Below, in pieces: positions 30,001 through 40,800 of a stretch of 64,000 nucleotides of DNA. Source of the DNA: a virus. The stretch lies in UHGV virus genome UHGV-1368192; one strand, 5' to 3'. The notes beneath the pieces were generated by a model. That model had not been told where the DNA came from. It did no database searches and saw only the letters and a program-made list of their open reading frames with translations. The translations under genes were made by a program, and so were the position numbers. Every line of letters starts with the position of its first letter. The first letter of the stretch is position 1.

Positions 30001-31214
30001 CAGAAGCTAATAAGGTGACTGATATCATTGATATTCCTCTCCTCACCAGGGTAAACCAGCTTGGTAGGTATGACAGGAACATCGGCATCAAGACACCGCA
30101 GGCTATGAGTATGGACAACGTCAATAGGATGAACGATGTCTACAACGATAGGATGACCCTCAAGACGTACGACATCATCCCTGATTACATGCTTACGTCA
30201 CATCACCCAGCGTCGTTCACCTGGAGTAAGACTAAGCAGAACGGAGAGTTCATTGACAACTACACGCACTTCAGTGGTGCATCTACAGCATCCCTTGATG
30301 GTATCTGTGGTAGTATCACTAGGATCCTCTCCTCATCAGACAGACTGTTCTTTGTACAGAGACAGGGCATAGGGCTCATCAACTACAACAGCAGAGTCCA
30401 GGTCCAAGCGTCTGATGGTGTGCCTATCGAGATCAGTAATAGTCGCAAGGTCGATGGCCACAGGTACATGTCTAAGGAGATCGGCACAGGTTCTCTGAGG
30501 AGGGTATGCCATTCCGCATCGGCCCTCTATCTCCTTGACGACCGCACCAGCACGCTTTACAGCCTCTCTGACGGCTTATCTCCCATCTCTAAGCAGAAGT
30601 CTATGCAAGACTATTTATCGGCCACCACAGGGGCTGTATTGCTCTCAGAGGGAGTTATGAATAGGATTCACGTCTGTACCAAGGATGAGGCGCTGTGCTA
30701 CAATGAGGAGCTGCAGGCTTTTGAGTCCTTCTACGACTACAAGAAGATTGAGGAGATGTTCGTCCTTGGTCAGTCGGTCTACAGCTTGGCTTATGGGTAT
30801 CTCTGGCATAACGAGTCGAAGTATGGTGCAGGTCTGTACAACCAAGCTCTTGACTGGTACATCCACTACAGGGTCAATCCTGAAGGTGCAGGCGAGGATA
30901 AGATCTTCACCAACCTCGACGTCCGTGGTGACACTTGGGATGGTGATAAGCTGATCACCCTTGACCTCACAGAGATGGACGTGTGGACGGAGTATCAGCG
31001 CACTATGGGCTATGGGATTACCTTTGTAAAGAACTATCCATCAGTGATGAAGGAGAAGTTTAGGATTTACAGAATACAGATCCCAAGGGACGCGCAGAGC
31101 AAGTTCAAGATGGATCGTATCAGGAATCCATGGATGCACCTCAGGCTCCACTCTAATGGTGGCTTGCTCTACAGGAGCATCATTCACGATATAACTGTTC
31201 ACTATTACGAGTGA
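27084..31214 (+). CDS. Large tail protein, muzzle- or tail-tube-like.
   Basis: 1376 aa, downstream of the head genes. Confidence 0.55.
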   Translation: MKEKVIRLMARGMAQDHAEARASNDLAYELRNIRISSDGSNTLFSISSIKGTEAKSSVPGRVVATTVIGDKAVILSKYKKDGMVFVFDGENIKKIYETEMNLSDNVDMIGVVERDDIEKVYWVDGVNPLRSLNIHDKRLATNPNVDYINNTWSLSFEEKVNVTQSWGRGSKLHSGNVTYVFTYSLMHGKESKIFAESDVYYITHSDGRGGSGEDIINCSFDIEITGLDQKADFVNVYRILRTSEGGTPDVQRVQSVPVKGNGVEFHDYGQPGISIEPQAILYLGSNTIIASTLAAKDNTLFLGNLSIPGFKLSEEEQKTIKDHYAAGGITFNPVDVEPFRARQAGKGHKDISVLMPYEHYPVAIQLISKTGQESNPVPVGVFIAPDSPSRLVVSPPPVVGDYVGYRVLIHYPSTKERRTIANGVLSPTLYTVADREDGVPYAFSSYCFRPITRDELLPESLGDLTVNKSLFRKEVDQPFFKSSSSTAGLASAQVRVCAEIQTFNTPDIQDCYDEDIQLHVKTLGAPIESYVYRDTRVEEGKWSDISTTYDHESLLRPSLSTTIGSTTRLEPGSKILKVSSLETDMVGVAIPLFSTKDTSGGKVVENTTARLSVYGRATTDERILNGKTSTWRNGGASLQKVDGDTYLGEVDKILPAIKGGVSRFLGVDGKGQARSVSSISGPTRMKYGTSDHFVVKLSKDDLVTNEVKRDGLPTSAVSDFMNTMEGRWFTHDFDPQGGANLGGAKNCWGPVSIEFHDGDFPDTSYADIATTFFSSVEEVREKLFPSWLTLDADNGKETFYYATPPGGVYWNKHEAMDDKKGKMRIISPYTKDSGDVIDSNGVPFRHSLYKTDATSVGLWLAFVSRGQIAKGVGSSSNDRDNLRRLMREILKVTAEKLMSRYNQVPVSSKSVVKAPLTGSVLPIALMTREAPGYDIDSLRWESYSYVTPIAKSATGGGDTYYQTTTLFKTIPSSEANKVTDIIDIPLLTRVNQLGRYDRNIGIKTPQAMSMDNVNRMNDVYNDRMTLKTYDIIPDYMLTSHHPASFTWSKTKQNGEFIDNYTHFSGASTASLDGICGSITRILSSSDRLFFVQRQGIGLINYNSRVQVQASDGVPIEISNSRKVDGHRYMSKEIGTGSLRRVCHSASALYLLDDRTSTLYSLSDGLSPISKQKSMQDYLSATTGAVLLSEGVMNRIHVCTKDEALCYNEELQAFESFYDYKKIEEMFVLGQSVYSLAYGYLWHNESKYGAGLYNQALDWYIHYRVNPEGAGEDKIFTNLDVRGDTWDGDKLITLDLTEMDVWTEYQRTMGYGITFVKNYPSVMKEKFRIYRIQIPRDAQSKFKMDRIRNPWMHLRLHSNGGLLYRSIIHDITVHYYE

Positions 31215-32926
31215 TTGATATGACAGAATCAGAAATAAGGGCGGCAAGGGCGAGCCGTATCGCAGGTAAGATCTCGGGGGCTATCTCCGGGATCTCTGCC
31301 GTGCGTGACGCTTTCCTCACGTCCAGCAAGCTAAAAGATACTAGCGGTCTTGAGAAGGAAGCGCAGTACTATACAGGTCCTGTAGGCGCAGACAATAATG
31401 ATGCCCTCATGGCTCAGTGGGAGGCTATCAAGCCACTTGAGTCCGTCTCCTACTCTCAGGTGAGAGATGACGGCAACGCTATTGGTGGTATCGCATCAGG
31501 TGTCCTTGGTGGTGCCGGTGCTGGTACCGCCTTCGGTCCTATAGGCTCTATCATCGGTGGTGGTCTAGGTCTCATCAGTGGTATTGCTGGTGCTTTCAAG
31601 GGTAGCGCTGATGCCAGAGAGCGACAGCGTCAGCTCAATGAGCAGAGGGCTATCGCCAACAATGAAGTAAATAGATCCTTCCTCACTGCAGCTCAGGCTG
31701 TGGATAGGAGTAACGACACCAGACTACAACAGCAGTTCTTCGCTGATGGTGGTGTCACTGAGTTTAACGCTGGTGGCACCCACGAGACTAACCCCAATGG
31801 CGGTGTCCAGTTCGGCATCAATGGTGAAGGCCAACCTATGTTGGCTGAGGAAGGAGAGATTAAGGTAGGTAACTATATGTTCTCAGATCGACTAGAAGAA
31901 AGCAAGGGTAAGAGCTTTGCCAAGGCGGCAAGGAAACTAGCTAAGTCCCTTGAGCAGCGTCCTAACGACCCTATCGAGAAGCGTAGGTTTGAAGTTGAGA
32001 CGGCAAGGCTTGCGCAGAGACAGGAACAGATCAAGGCTATGAGCCAACCATCTCTTCCTCAGGGACAGTTGTTTGCCAAGGGAGGTGCTATCTCTCCTCT
32101 CCTCAGGTACGCTCCTGCAGCCCTCTCAGGTCTCAATGTCCTTCGTGATGCCTTCGGTGCGACTAACAGGGATGACTTCTCTAGGGCTGATAGGATCGAG
32201 CGTGAGTATGTAAAGACGTTTAAGGAAGCTCCTGTGAGGACACCTGAGATCGTCAAGGATACGTACAAGCCCTTCGACACTGACTACACAGCTAGCAAGA
32301 TCATCGCACAGGGTAATGCCATCAGACAGGCTATCCTCAATGGCTCTGGCGGTAATGGCCTTGGTGCTACTGCAGGTCTCCTCGCAGCTGGTTACAACAC
32401 ACAGCAGGCTATCGCTGATGCTAAGATCAAGGCTGATGAGTTCAACGACCAGAGAAGGAGGGCAGCCATCGGCTTCAACCGACAGCAGGAAGCTCAGAAT
32501 CTCCAGTTCATCCTACAGCAGGAAGCAGCTAACAGGCAGATCGCAGCACAGAGGTTGCAGGGTATTGAAAGGTCTGAGGCGATGAGAATGGCTGAGGAAG
32601 CAGCAAATGCGCAGGCTAGGTCTGCTAACCTCAACAACTTCGCTATGAACCTTAGCGCTATTGGTGAGACAGCCCTCAACAGGAGGCTGGTAGCTGCAGT
32701 CCATGGGTACACCTTCGATGATCTTGGTAACATCATAAGGACACCTGGGTACTCTCCAGACTATGCTTCTCCTCAGACCACGACACAGCCGGCTAATACT
32801 GGCACTGTCGATCTGACTAAGCTGTTCGACTGGACTAAGAAGTATGACCTATCTCTAGGAGCGAACCCTAGCGGTGTTGTATCACCGCCACTACAAGGGT
32901 TAGCCCTCCTCAAGAGACCTAAGTAA
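31211..32926 (+). CDS. Gly-zipper and Q-rich internal (cargo or ejection-like) protein.
   Basis: Contains GGIASGVLGGAGAGTAFGPIGSIIGGGLGLISGIAG followed by Q/A-rich helices. Confidence 0.5.
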   Translation: MIDMTESEIRAARASRIAGKISGAISGISAVRDAFLTSSKLKDTSGLEKEAQYYTGPVGADNNDALMAQWEAIKPLESVSYSQVRDDGNAIGGIASGVLGGAGAGTAFGPIGSIIGGGLGLISGIAGAFKGSADARERQRQLNEQRAIANNEVNRSFLTAAQAVDRSNDTRLQQQFFADGGVTEFNAGGTHETNPNGGVQFGINGEGQPMLAEEGEIKVGNYMFSDRLEESKGKSFAKAARKLAKSLEQRPNDPIEKRRFEVETARLAQRQEQIKAMSQPSLPQGQLFAKGGAISPLLRYAPAALSGLNVLRDAFGATNRDDFSRADRIEREYVKTFKEAPVRTPEIVKDTYKPFDTDYTASKIIAQGNAIRQAILNGSGGNGLGATAGLLAAGYNTQQAIADAKIKADEFNDQRRRAAIGFNRQQEAQNLQFILQQEAANRQIAAQRLQGIERSEAMRMAEEAANAQARSANLNNFAMNLSAIGETALNRRLVAAVHGYTFDDLGNIIRTPGYSPDYASPQTTTQPANTGTVDLTKLFDWTKKYDLSLGANPSGVVSPPLQGLALLKRPK

Positions 32927-32966
32927 TAGATATGGAAGAGTGGTGGCGAGAGTGCCATCATTCTTC

Positions 32967-32974
32967 CGTACCTT
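32967..32974 (+). promoter_or_regulatory. -7 box TACCTTTG, 27 nt upstream of the ATG at 33001.
   Basis: Matches TAnnTTTG. A GGTGGCGAG motif lies 22 nt upstream. Confidence 0.4.
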
Positions 32975-33000
32975 TGAAGAGATACTAATAATAATAGATA

Positions 33001-34860
33001 ATGGCTAAAACGACAGTTACCACAGCGGTAATGCAGCCTACCTCCTTCGACCAGATGGCACGTATCATCGAGCCACTGGCCAGACGTGAGGAAGAGTACT
33101 ATACTACCGCCATACAGTCCCATACAGACCTTATGTCGCTTTCCTCAGCCCTGTCTGCCGAGGATAAGAATAGTGACTTCTACAAGGGCACTATCGCGCC
33201 TATACTCTCTAAGCTCAGCGGTTACGCTGATAGGATAGCTAAGGAAGGTGTCGTCTCTGATGGTGCCTACAACAGAGTGATGATGCAGGACCTTGTTAAG
33301 CTCAAGGGCCAGTATGCACAAGGCGCTACCCAGCTCAAGGACGCCCTCACAAGGCGTGCTCAGTACAACGATATGGCTTCTAAGGCCAGGCTACAGGATC
33401 CCTCTGCAGTCGTCCTTGGTAAGGACCTATCCATCCAATCATTCATTGATGATCCCAACAAGGTATCACCTCTCCTCTTCTCAGGTGAGGATGCGAAGAG
33501 GCGTGCCTTCGACTACCTTGCAGCTTGGAGGAACAGTACACAAGACCTCAAGCTCATCGGGAACATCGATAGGCTTACTAGGATTTTGCGAACAGTAAAG
33601 GGGTCTAAGGCTGAAGATGTGTACAAGGCTATTGGCCAGCACTTCTCAGATCCCAAGAATCCTCTCACCGAGCTTTACAACCAAGTCCTTCACCAGGTCA
33701 AGTCCTCCTATGGTGAGGACATCAGGAAGCACCTTGATGATCCAGAAGCAAACTTCGCCCTTGTCCATGGCGTACAGCGTGGTATGATCGGTGCTGCAGG
33801 TGGTGATACAATGACTCCATTTGAGGATAAGGAGGCCATCATGAGGCTTCAGGCTAGCCTCTCAGCTGCTCGTTCTGGCGGTGGACGCAGGAACGGTGGT
33901 GGAGGAGGCGGTGGTGGATCTACCGATGAAAAGGGTGGGTCCATCGATGTCATTGCTCGAGGTGGTGGTGTAGCTGTCGGCTCTGCAGGTGTTAAGGGTA
34001 AGACGCTCCTTAACTCTATCTACAAGTCCGCAAAGGACAGGTTTTATAGGCTCCCATCTCCAGCAAGAACGCCATCGAACTTCGACACTATCCTCACCGA
34101 GTCATACATGAAGGCCTTCGGTAGCCAGAACCTCCCAGAGGTGGCTAAGCTCCTCAAGCCTGCAGGGTTTGCCTGGAACGGTAATAAGCTGGTTGCGCCA
34201 TCCACTAGGTCAGCAGATGGTAAGGGTGTTCAGTTTAATCCCGACTTCGATAAGCTGGGCAGTACAGCTGCACTCAATAATAGGCTATATGCCATGACAG
34301 CAAGGAACAACGTCGCAGGTGAGTTCAACGTGTCAGCTCAGACGGCCAACGATATCCTCAAGAACGCAATCACCGGCGTTCATGGTGCTGTGTATGGCGA
34401 CAAGAATGCTTACGCCCAGCTCGGTCTTAATGACATTGAAGGTCAAAAGGTCGATGAGTTTATCACCCTTGTAAGAAGTGGCTATACGCCTAAGGATGCG
34501 AAGATTGGTATAACCTCTGACGGTAGGCCTTATTATGAAGCCTCGTTCTTTGACAACCAGAGTCAGACTAACAAGCGTTATAGAGTACCCCTTGCCGACT
34601 CTAAGAACTTCCAACAGCAAGCCGGCGTGGGTTCAGCATTAGACTTTAACCCCTCTGAAGAATCACTGATGAGGCTCAAGCTGTACCTTGCTAAGATAGA
34701 ATCAGTACAGAACCTCAAGCGAGAGTCTGGTAATATCGATGAAGAACAGGTCTTACAGGGCCAGCAAGTTTATGATATGGTCACCCAGCCAGTTGGTGCA
34801 CCTGACCCCGGACTTTTATTAGAACAACATTATGGGAAGAGCAAAACGAAAGGTTTTTAG
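33001..34860 (+). CDS. Hypothetical virion/cargo protein with a poly-Gly tract.
   Basis: 619 aa. GGGRRNGGGGGGGGS at 33891-33920. Confidence 0.55.
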   Translation: MAKTTVTTAVMQPTSFDQMARIIEPLARREEEYYTTAIQSHTDLMSLSSALSAEDKNSDFYKGTIAPILSKLSGYADRIAKEGVVSDGAYNRVMMQDLVKLKGQYAQGATQLKDALTRRAQYNDMASKARLQDPSAVVLGKDLSIQSFIDDPNKVSPLLFSGEDAKRRAFDYLAAWRNSTQDLKLIGNIDRLTRILRTVKGSKAEDVYKAIGQHFSDPKNPLTELYNQVLHQVKSSYGEDIRKHLDDPEANFALVHGVQRGMIGAAGGDTMTPFEDKEAIMRLQASLSAARSGGGRRNGGGGGGGGSTDEKGGSIDVIARGGGVAVGSAGVKGKTLLNSIYKSAKDRFYRLPSPARTPSNFDTILTESYMKAFGSQNLPEVAKLLKPAGFAWNGNKLVAPSTRSADGKGVQFNPDFDKLGSTAALNNRLYAMTARNNVAGEFNVSAQTANDILKNAITGVHGAVYGDKNAYAQLGLNDIEGQKVDEFITLVRSGYTPKDAKIGITSDGRPYYEASFFDNQSQTNKRYRVPLADSKNFQQQAGVGSALDFNPSEESLMRLKLYLAKIESVQNLKRESGNIDEEQVLQGQQVYDMVTQPVGAPDPGLLLEQHYGKSKTKGF

Positions 34861-37800
34861 ACCCATCTTCGGTAAGGACCTATCCTCCAGCGCAGGTCGT
34901 AGGTCTCAGGAACAAGTAGACAATTCGTTCCGCGCAGCGCAGCTACAGTACGAGATAAACGCTGAGAAGTACCGCGCTTCAGCTATCAGGAATCTCGGTG
35001 AGAGCCTTGAGGGTCTCAATGAAGCTGAGAAGCAGATTCTGATCGACAAGGCGATCGCCGACATCATGCCTAAGGAGGAGAACCCCTTTGCAGATATCAG
35101 CTCCAACCCTGATGCCGTAGGCGCTATTCAGGCAGACGAGGAGAGGTTCAAGGCTGGTAGTCAAGTTGACTATGGTCTTCTTGACAAGGCTGAGGTGTGG
35201 ATGAATGCATCTATGAATAAGCTCCTTGCTAACGCTACCCAGTCTATCAAGGCTGGGTCAGACGTTATCAGGGGAGCCTCTGACTACTTCTTCAGTGGGA
35301 ATGATGTATCACCTAATTACATGCTCAGTGAAGCCGTAGAGCGTGAAGGGAAGGGTGCGCTCTACAATATCTTCGGTGCAGGTAACAAGTACCTAGCTGA
35401 GACTGCTGAGTCTGCAGATAGAGCTATTCATGGTGCAGAAGCATCACTGGCTAGCCGAGGTATGGACTCTGGCTTCTGGCATGCTGCATCAGACATGGTG
35501 GGGCAATGGGGTTTCACCTATGGTGGTATGGGCACTGCTGCTCTTGGTCGTCTGGCAGGTGGTACCTTCTCAGTCTTCGGTAAGATTGCTAAGTCGGCCT
35601 CTACAGCAACTAGGTGGGCTAAGGCATCTGAATACACGAGGAAGCTGTTCTCTGCAGGGTCACATCTCTATGGCGCACTCAGTGAAGCCGCCGTAGAGTC
35701 GTACGGCGTGAGCAAGGCTCTTGAGGAAGCCAAGGGTAGTCAGCTCGCTCAACTGAGGAGCATGATGCAGAAGGACTTCGATCAAGACTTCTACTCCTAT
35801 GAGCGTAAGTACGGTGCCATCAAGTTCAGTGACTTTGCTGATAACATTCTTACTTCCTCAGGCATGGATCCTAGGCTCAAACGAGAAGTGGCCAACGTCC
35901 TATCTGGGAAGTCAGAGAATGCCTCTCCTAATGCCATAGCTGCAGCCAACGCTATCGTATCACAGTACAAGGATCAGGCTGAGAAGGCTATCCTGCAGAA
36001 CGCCAGTGATGAGATTGACCAGCGCAATGGTCTTGCCTCAGGATGGACCGCAGGTCTCAACACCTTCATCCTCACCTTCATGAATAAGTACTCCTACGAG
36101 CTGGCCACTGACAAGCTCGCTGGTGCTAACCGTCTGAAGAAGGCTGGTAGGTTTGGTGTTCTCGGTAGTACACTCATCAACGCTACATCAGAAGGTATTG
36201 AGGAAGTAGTACAGGGTGGTATCAGCAAGGGCGCAGAGAGTCTCGGTAAGAGAGCTGTTGATGAAATGCTCCGCGCCTCTACCATCTCAGAACGTAACAG
36301 CACTTCTATCGGCGTCCTTGGCTCTCTTGGTGAGATTGGTAAGGGCGTGTGGGACACTACATTCTCTGCGTCTCCATGGGTTGACGAGGCTCTCCCTGCT
36401 ATCGTCAGCACTCTCCTCATACCCATGTATAAGGGTAGTAAGATGGTTGGGTCAAGGGATATGGTCAATGAGAGGACCGATGCCTTTGGTGACCCTCGTG
36501 GTGAGAAGAAGAGCTGGTTAAGCAAGCTCTATGATAGTAGCCCCATTGGCTTCGCCGGCGTTGAGCGTTACCGAGACTACAAGTACAGCGGTGGCAAGCA
36601 GCGTACCTCTGATGAAGCTATTGAGGCTATGTCCAAGATCATCAAGGGTAAGCACGACGATCTCACCAAGGAAGAGAAGAGGGTAATGACTGAGGTCTTC
36701 GGTCAGAACTATGCTGAGACGGTCCATGAGACTTACCAGAGTGTGGTTGATGCTATGGCTTCAGCTGACCGTATGAACACTCTTCTTGAGAAGGTAGCTC
36801 AGTCCACCTCAGACTCTACCGATGTCGCCGTAGCAGAGGAGCTGGCTAAGGCTCACAATGTAGCTACTATGCTTAGTGTCATCGGCAACAGCTCTATCGG
36901 CTTGGCTAACTTCAATAAGCGAAACTTCGGTCAGTGGACCTCTGACCTTATGAGGTCTACTCGCGAGTTCGGCGCTGACATGGGTCACGCTATCTCTTCC
37001 CTCTTTGGTGCTAACACTGAGGAGAAGGAAGCCAGGTATCAGGCTGCCGTTGCTAAGCGTGAAGCTGATAAGGCTGCACGTGAGGAAGCAAGAAGGTCTG
37101 AGTCAGATCCATTCTCCGAAGTTCCTGACAATCTCAGACCCTTCCTCAACTTCCTTGATGTCAAGGAGACTGATGAGGCTACACTGGTCAGCATCGCTAG
37201 ACAACGTATCGAGAACACACTCGATTCTGAGGAGAGGCAGAAGATGCAGGAGGCCTACTTCCAGGGCGAGGGATCTGACAAGCTCACTGAGAAGGCCATC
37301 AAGGATATTGCTGGTGAGATCAACAAGCAGAAGCATACTCTCGCTGACATCGCTGTCGACTACACCAACACTATGAGGTACCTCGATCTTGGCACTAAGG
37401 CCGGAGAACTCAGTGGCAGAGAGAAGAGTCGTATCGCCGCAGCTGCAGCTAGCTTCAATCACCTCAGGAGGCTCTCCTTAGAACACATGGATGCGTTTGA
37501 GGAAGAGGTAGCTGGTCTATACAAGGAAGCCTCACAGAGTCTCGAGAAGCGTATTACCGAGCTTATCAAGGATCGTGAGGATATGCGCAGCAACCTCAAT
37601 ACTGATGATGAGAAAAGGAAGAGTCGTCTTGAGGACTACATCGATCAGACTAACAAGGCGATCGAAGAGCTTGAGAAGCAGATGCGCGCTCTTGAGGAAG
37701 CCCAGAAGAAGTATGAGGAATCTAAGAAGGGAGACTTCTCTCACGCCCTTGGTGGCTGGGATGAGTTCACCCAGAGATTCGACAGCTTCTCCAAGCTCAA

Positions 37801-40800
37801 TGAAGCTCACATCGATGCAGCCTTCATGGCAGGTAATGATGAGCTTGGTACTAAGCTCGCTGAGATGACCCTTGTTGATGAGAAGAAGTCTGAGAATGGC
37901 AAGCTGGCTCTCAGCTTTGCTAGGCAAGCTATGCAAGGTGTAGAAGCCCTTGACAAGATGCTCGAGGGGAAGAATAACACCGATATACTTGTAGCAAGGG
38001 CAGCTGAGGAAGAGAAGAGGCAGGCTGAGCAGGATGCGGCTGACGCTGTGAGGAATGGTGAGCCCAAGGAGGATGTTGACAGAGCCTTAGATAGTGCTGA
38101 GTCGAACGGCTTAGAAGGCGACGAGGTTGATGTCGCAAAGGCTGCAGCAGCTAAGGCCGCTGAAGGTGAAGGATCAGAACTGTCGAGGTACAGGTCCTCT
38201 GTCCGCAATGCTATCAAGAATACCCTCAAGGGTAATGAGGACTTCATGGGGATACTTCGTAGCTTCGAGCTTGATAGTGATGCCATCGATAAGTTTATCG
38301 ATGACCTCATCTCCATGGTAAACGATGTAGTCGATGTAGACCCCAATGGCGGGTACACCGATTACAAGGAGGCTATGACTGATGCCCTCAATCTTCTTAC
38401 GGATCGCCAAAACAATCCTGATCTAGCTAACCAGATCTTCGGGCTTAATAATGACGACCTCATCTCCGCTGTAGCTGAATGGATAAAGGGTAATATCGAT
38501 GAGTTCCCTCAGGATCCTACCACTCCAGCGCAGACTCTACAAGGTAAGCCATCAAAGCCTAATGGTGAGCGCATCGTGGACTCTATAGAGTTTGACCAGG
38601 CTACACAGCATGATATAGAGTCTGCATCTATTGGTGGCGTGACAGTCCTCAACTACAGCATGTCACAGCGCCTCCAGGAACTCTTCCATGGCAAGAATGC
38701 CATAGTCAACCTCCTGAGCAAAGGCAGTGCTACTATCAACACGTCTATCACCTTTGCTGATGGCAAGGCTACGATAAACGTGTCGATCAGTGCAGGGTCC
38801 GAAACATATGAGTTTAGCTTCAGCCTTGGGTATGATGATCTAAGGAATCGCCTGCAGATGGGTGTTAGCCTTAGCACTCTTATCGGCGACATCGTCAATA
38901 CGATGGTTAAGGTCAATGAGAGGAATATCAGGAAGGCGTTTGAGGCAGCAGGCAAGGACTATGCAAAGAAGAAGAATGAGGCTAAGAAGAGCGCTGTAGG
39001 CAATCAGAATAGCGGTGAGAAGAACAACGAGGGTCGACCTTCAGATACTAAACCTAAAGTACATGAAGGCCCAGTTCCAGGATCTACAGAGCCTACATCT
39101 CCAGCTACCGATCCTACAGATGATGATGGGAGCAAACCATCTCTTCCTCATACCGGACGACTCACGCTGTGGGATCAGTATAACCCTGGACTCAATGAGG
39201 CAAATCTCACCTCTCTGTCTGAAGAGTGGCAAGAGAAGATAAGGAAGTGGTATGAGGAAAAGAACGTAGGTCTCAACCTCAAGAACGCTAAGGGTAAGGA
39301 GGTCTTCTATGGCTTTGCTGAAGAGCTATCTGAGAATGGCGATGTCAGTAACTCCCCTATCGTTGTCTATGTAAAGGACGAGCAAGACCAGTTCGTGCCC
39401 ATCGGTCTTCTCCCTGATCACACGACAGGCAACACCCAGGTCCTTATCGACAACATTCGTGCTGTAGCTACTGAGGACAAGAAGTTCGACATCTTCTCTT
39501 CCTCAGACCTCAATGCTCCGAAGGCAGCTATCAGCAAGGTTAAGTACTCTCCATTCAAAGCCAAGCGTGTTCGTGGTGATAAGACTATCGACGCTGAGAC
39601 TATCGAGAATGGTATTGAGGAAGAGCTGAAGAGAGGTCAGGTAGCTATCTCTGTCACGGCGTTCCCCAATGGGGACAATCCTCCAACGATCAAAAGTACC
39701 ACTCACGACAAGGACCTTGATAGTGAGACCGCCGAGGTGATCGATGCGTTTATAAAAGAGAAGGAATCATTCCTAGCTCAAAATTACGGACAGACTTACC
39801 TGGTCGTTCTTGTCAATGGCAAGGATGGTCCTAAGCCTACACTGGTTGGTATTAAGGGCCGAGACTTGATCGTTGACCTCGTGCAAGGTACAGCAGAAGA
39901 TAGTGAGGTTTCAGATCTGGCTGATGAGTACATGGATAAGCTCACAGAAGAGTTTAAGAAGGCCATGGAGACACCAGATGGCGAGGCTTCAGGGGTTTAT
40001 GGAGAAAAGTACTCTAGTGTATTCGGCAGCTCCTTTGTCTATTCGGTTAAGCCTCTTCGCGATGCTGATGGTAATGTAACTCAAGTTGAGATCACATTCC
40101 CCAAGCGACTAAACGAGGGTAATATCCAGAGCTCAGCGCCTGTAGTCGTAGATATCGACCTCTCCTCAGGGGATACCATACAGGCTCTTGCTAACGCTAT
40201 CGTCGATGCGATGAAGAGTTCTGGCAAGGAGAAGCGTAGGACGGCTATCGCTGAGTCTATCATGGGGAATAAGGAGAAAGTTGAGGACGTTATGACCAGT
40301 GGCATGCGAATGACTGAGGTGCGTGACGAGGCCGGCTTTGAAGCTCTCTCTGAGGAGAAGGGTGGTGAGGAAGGCAACAAGACAACTCCTGAACCTACTA
40401 CTCCTCCTCAGGGACCTGAAGGCACGAAGACAATGCCTAGGGTGTCTACAGCTGCAGCGAGCAATGAAGGTAATGGTGACGGTTCATTCGGTTCCGCCGG
40501 CCAGGATTCACTTGAGAAGATCAAGGATGACTTTGCGAAGAACCTTGTTGACAAGGGGTACAGCGTCGTTGTCAAGAGCTCTACGTCTCCTCATATAGCA
40601 GCTGTCGATAATGGTAGGATCTACATGTTTGAGATCAACCCTGTCGACGGCACGTACAATAAGGTCGAGTGGAGCGCGATGCATCCTACCCTCAAGGCTG
40701 ATGCTTTCGCCCTTATCAATAGCGCGCTGTCATCAGATTTCAAGAGTAGCAAGAATGGTAGGCTCCTCGAGTACGGTGAGGAGATGGGTGGTTCCACTCA

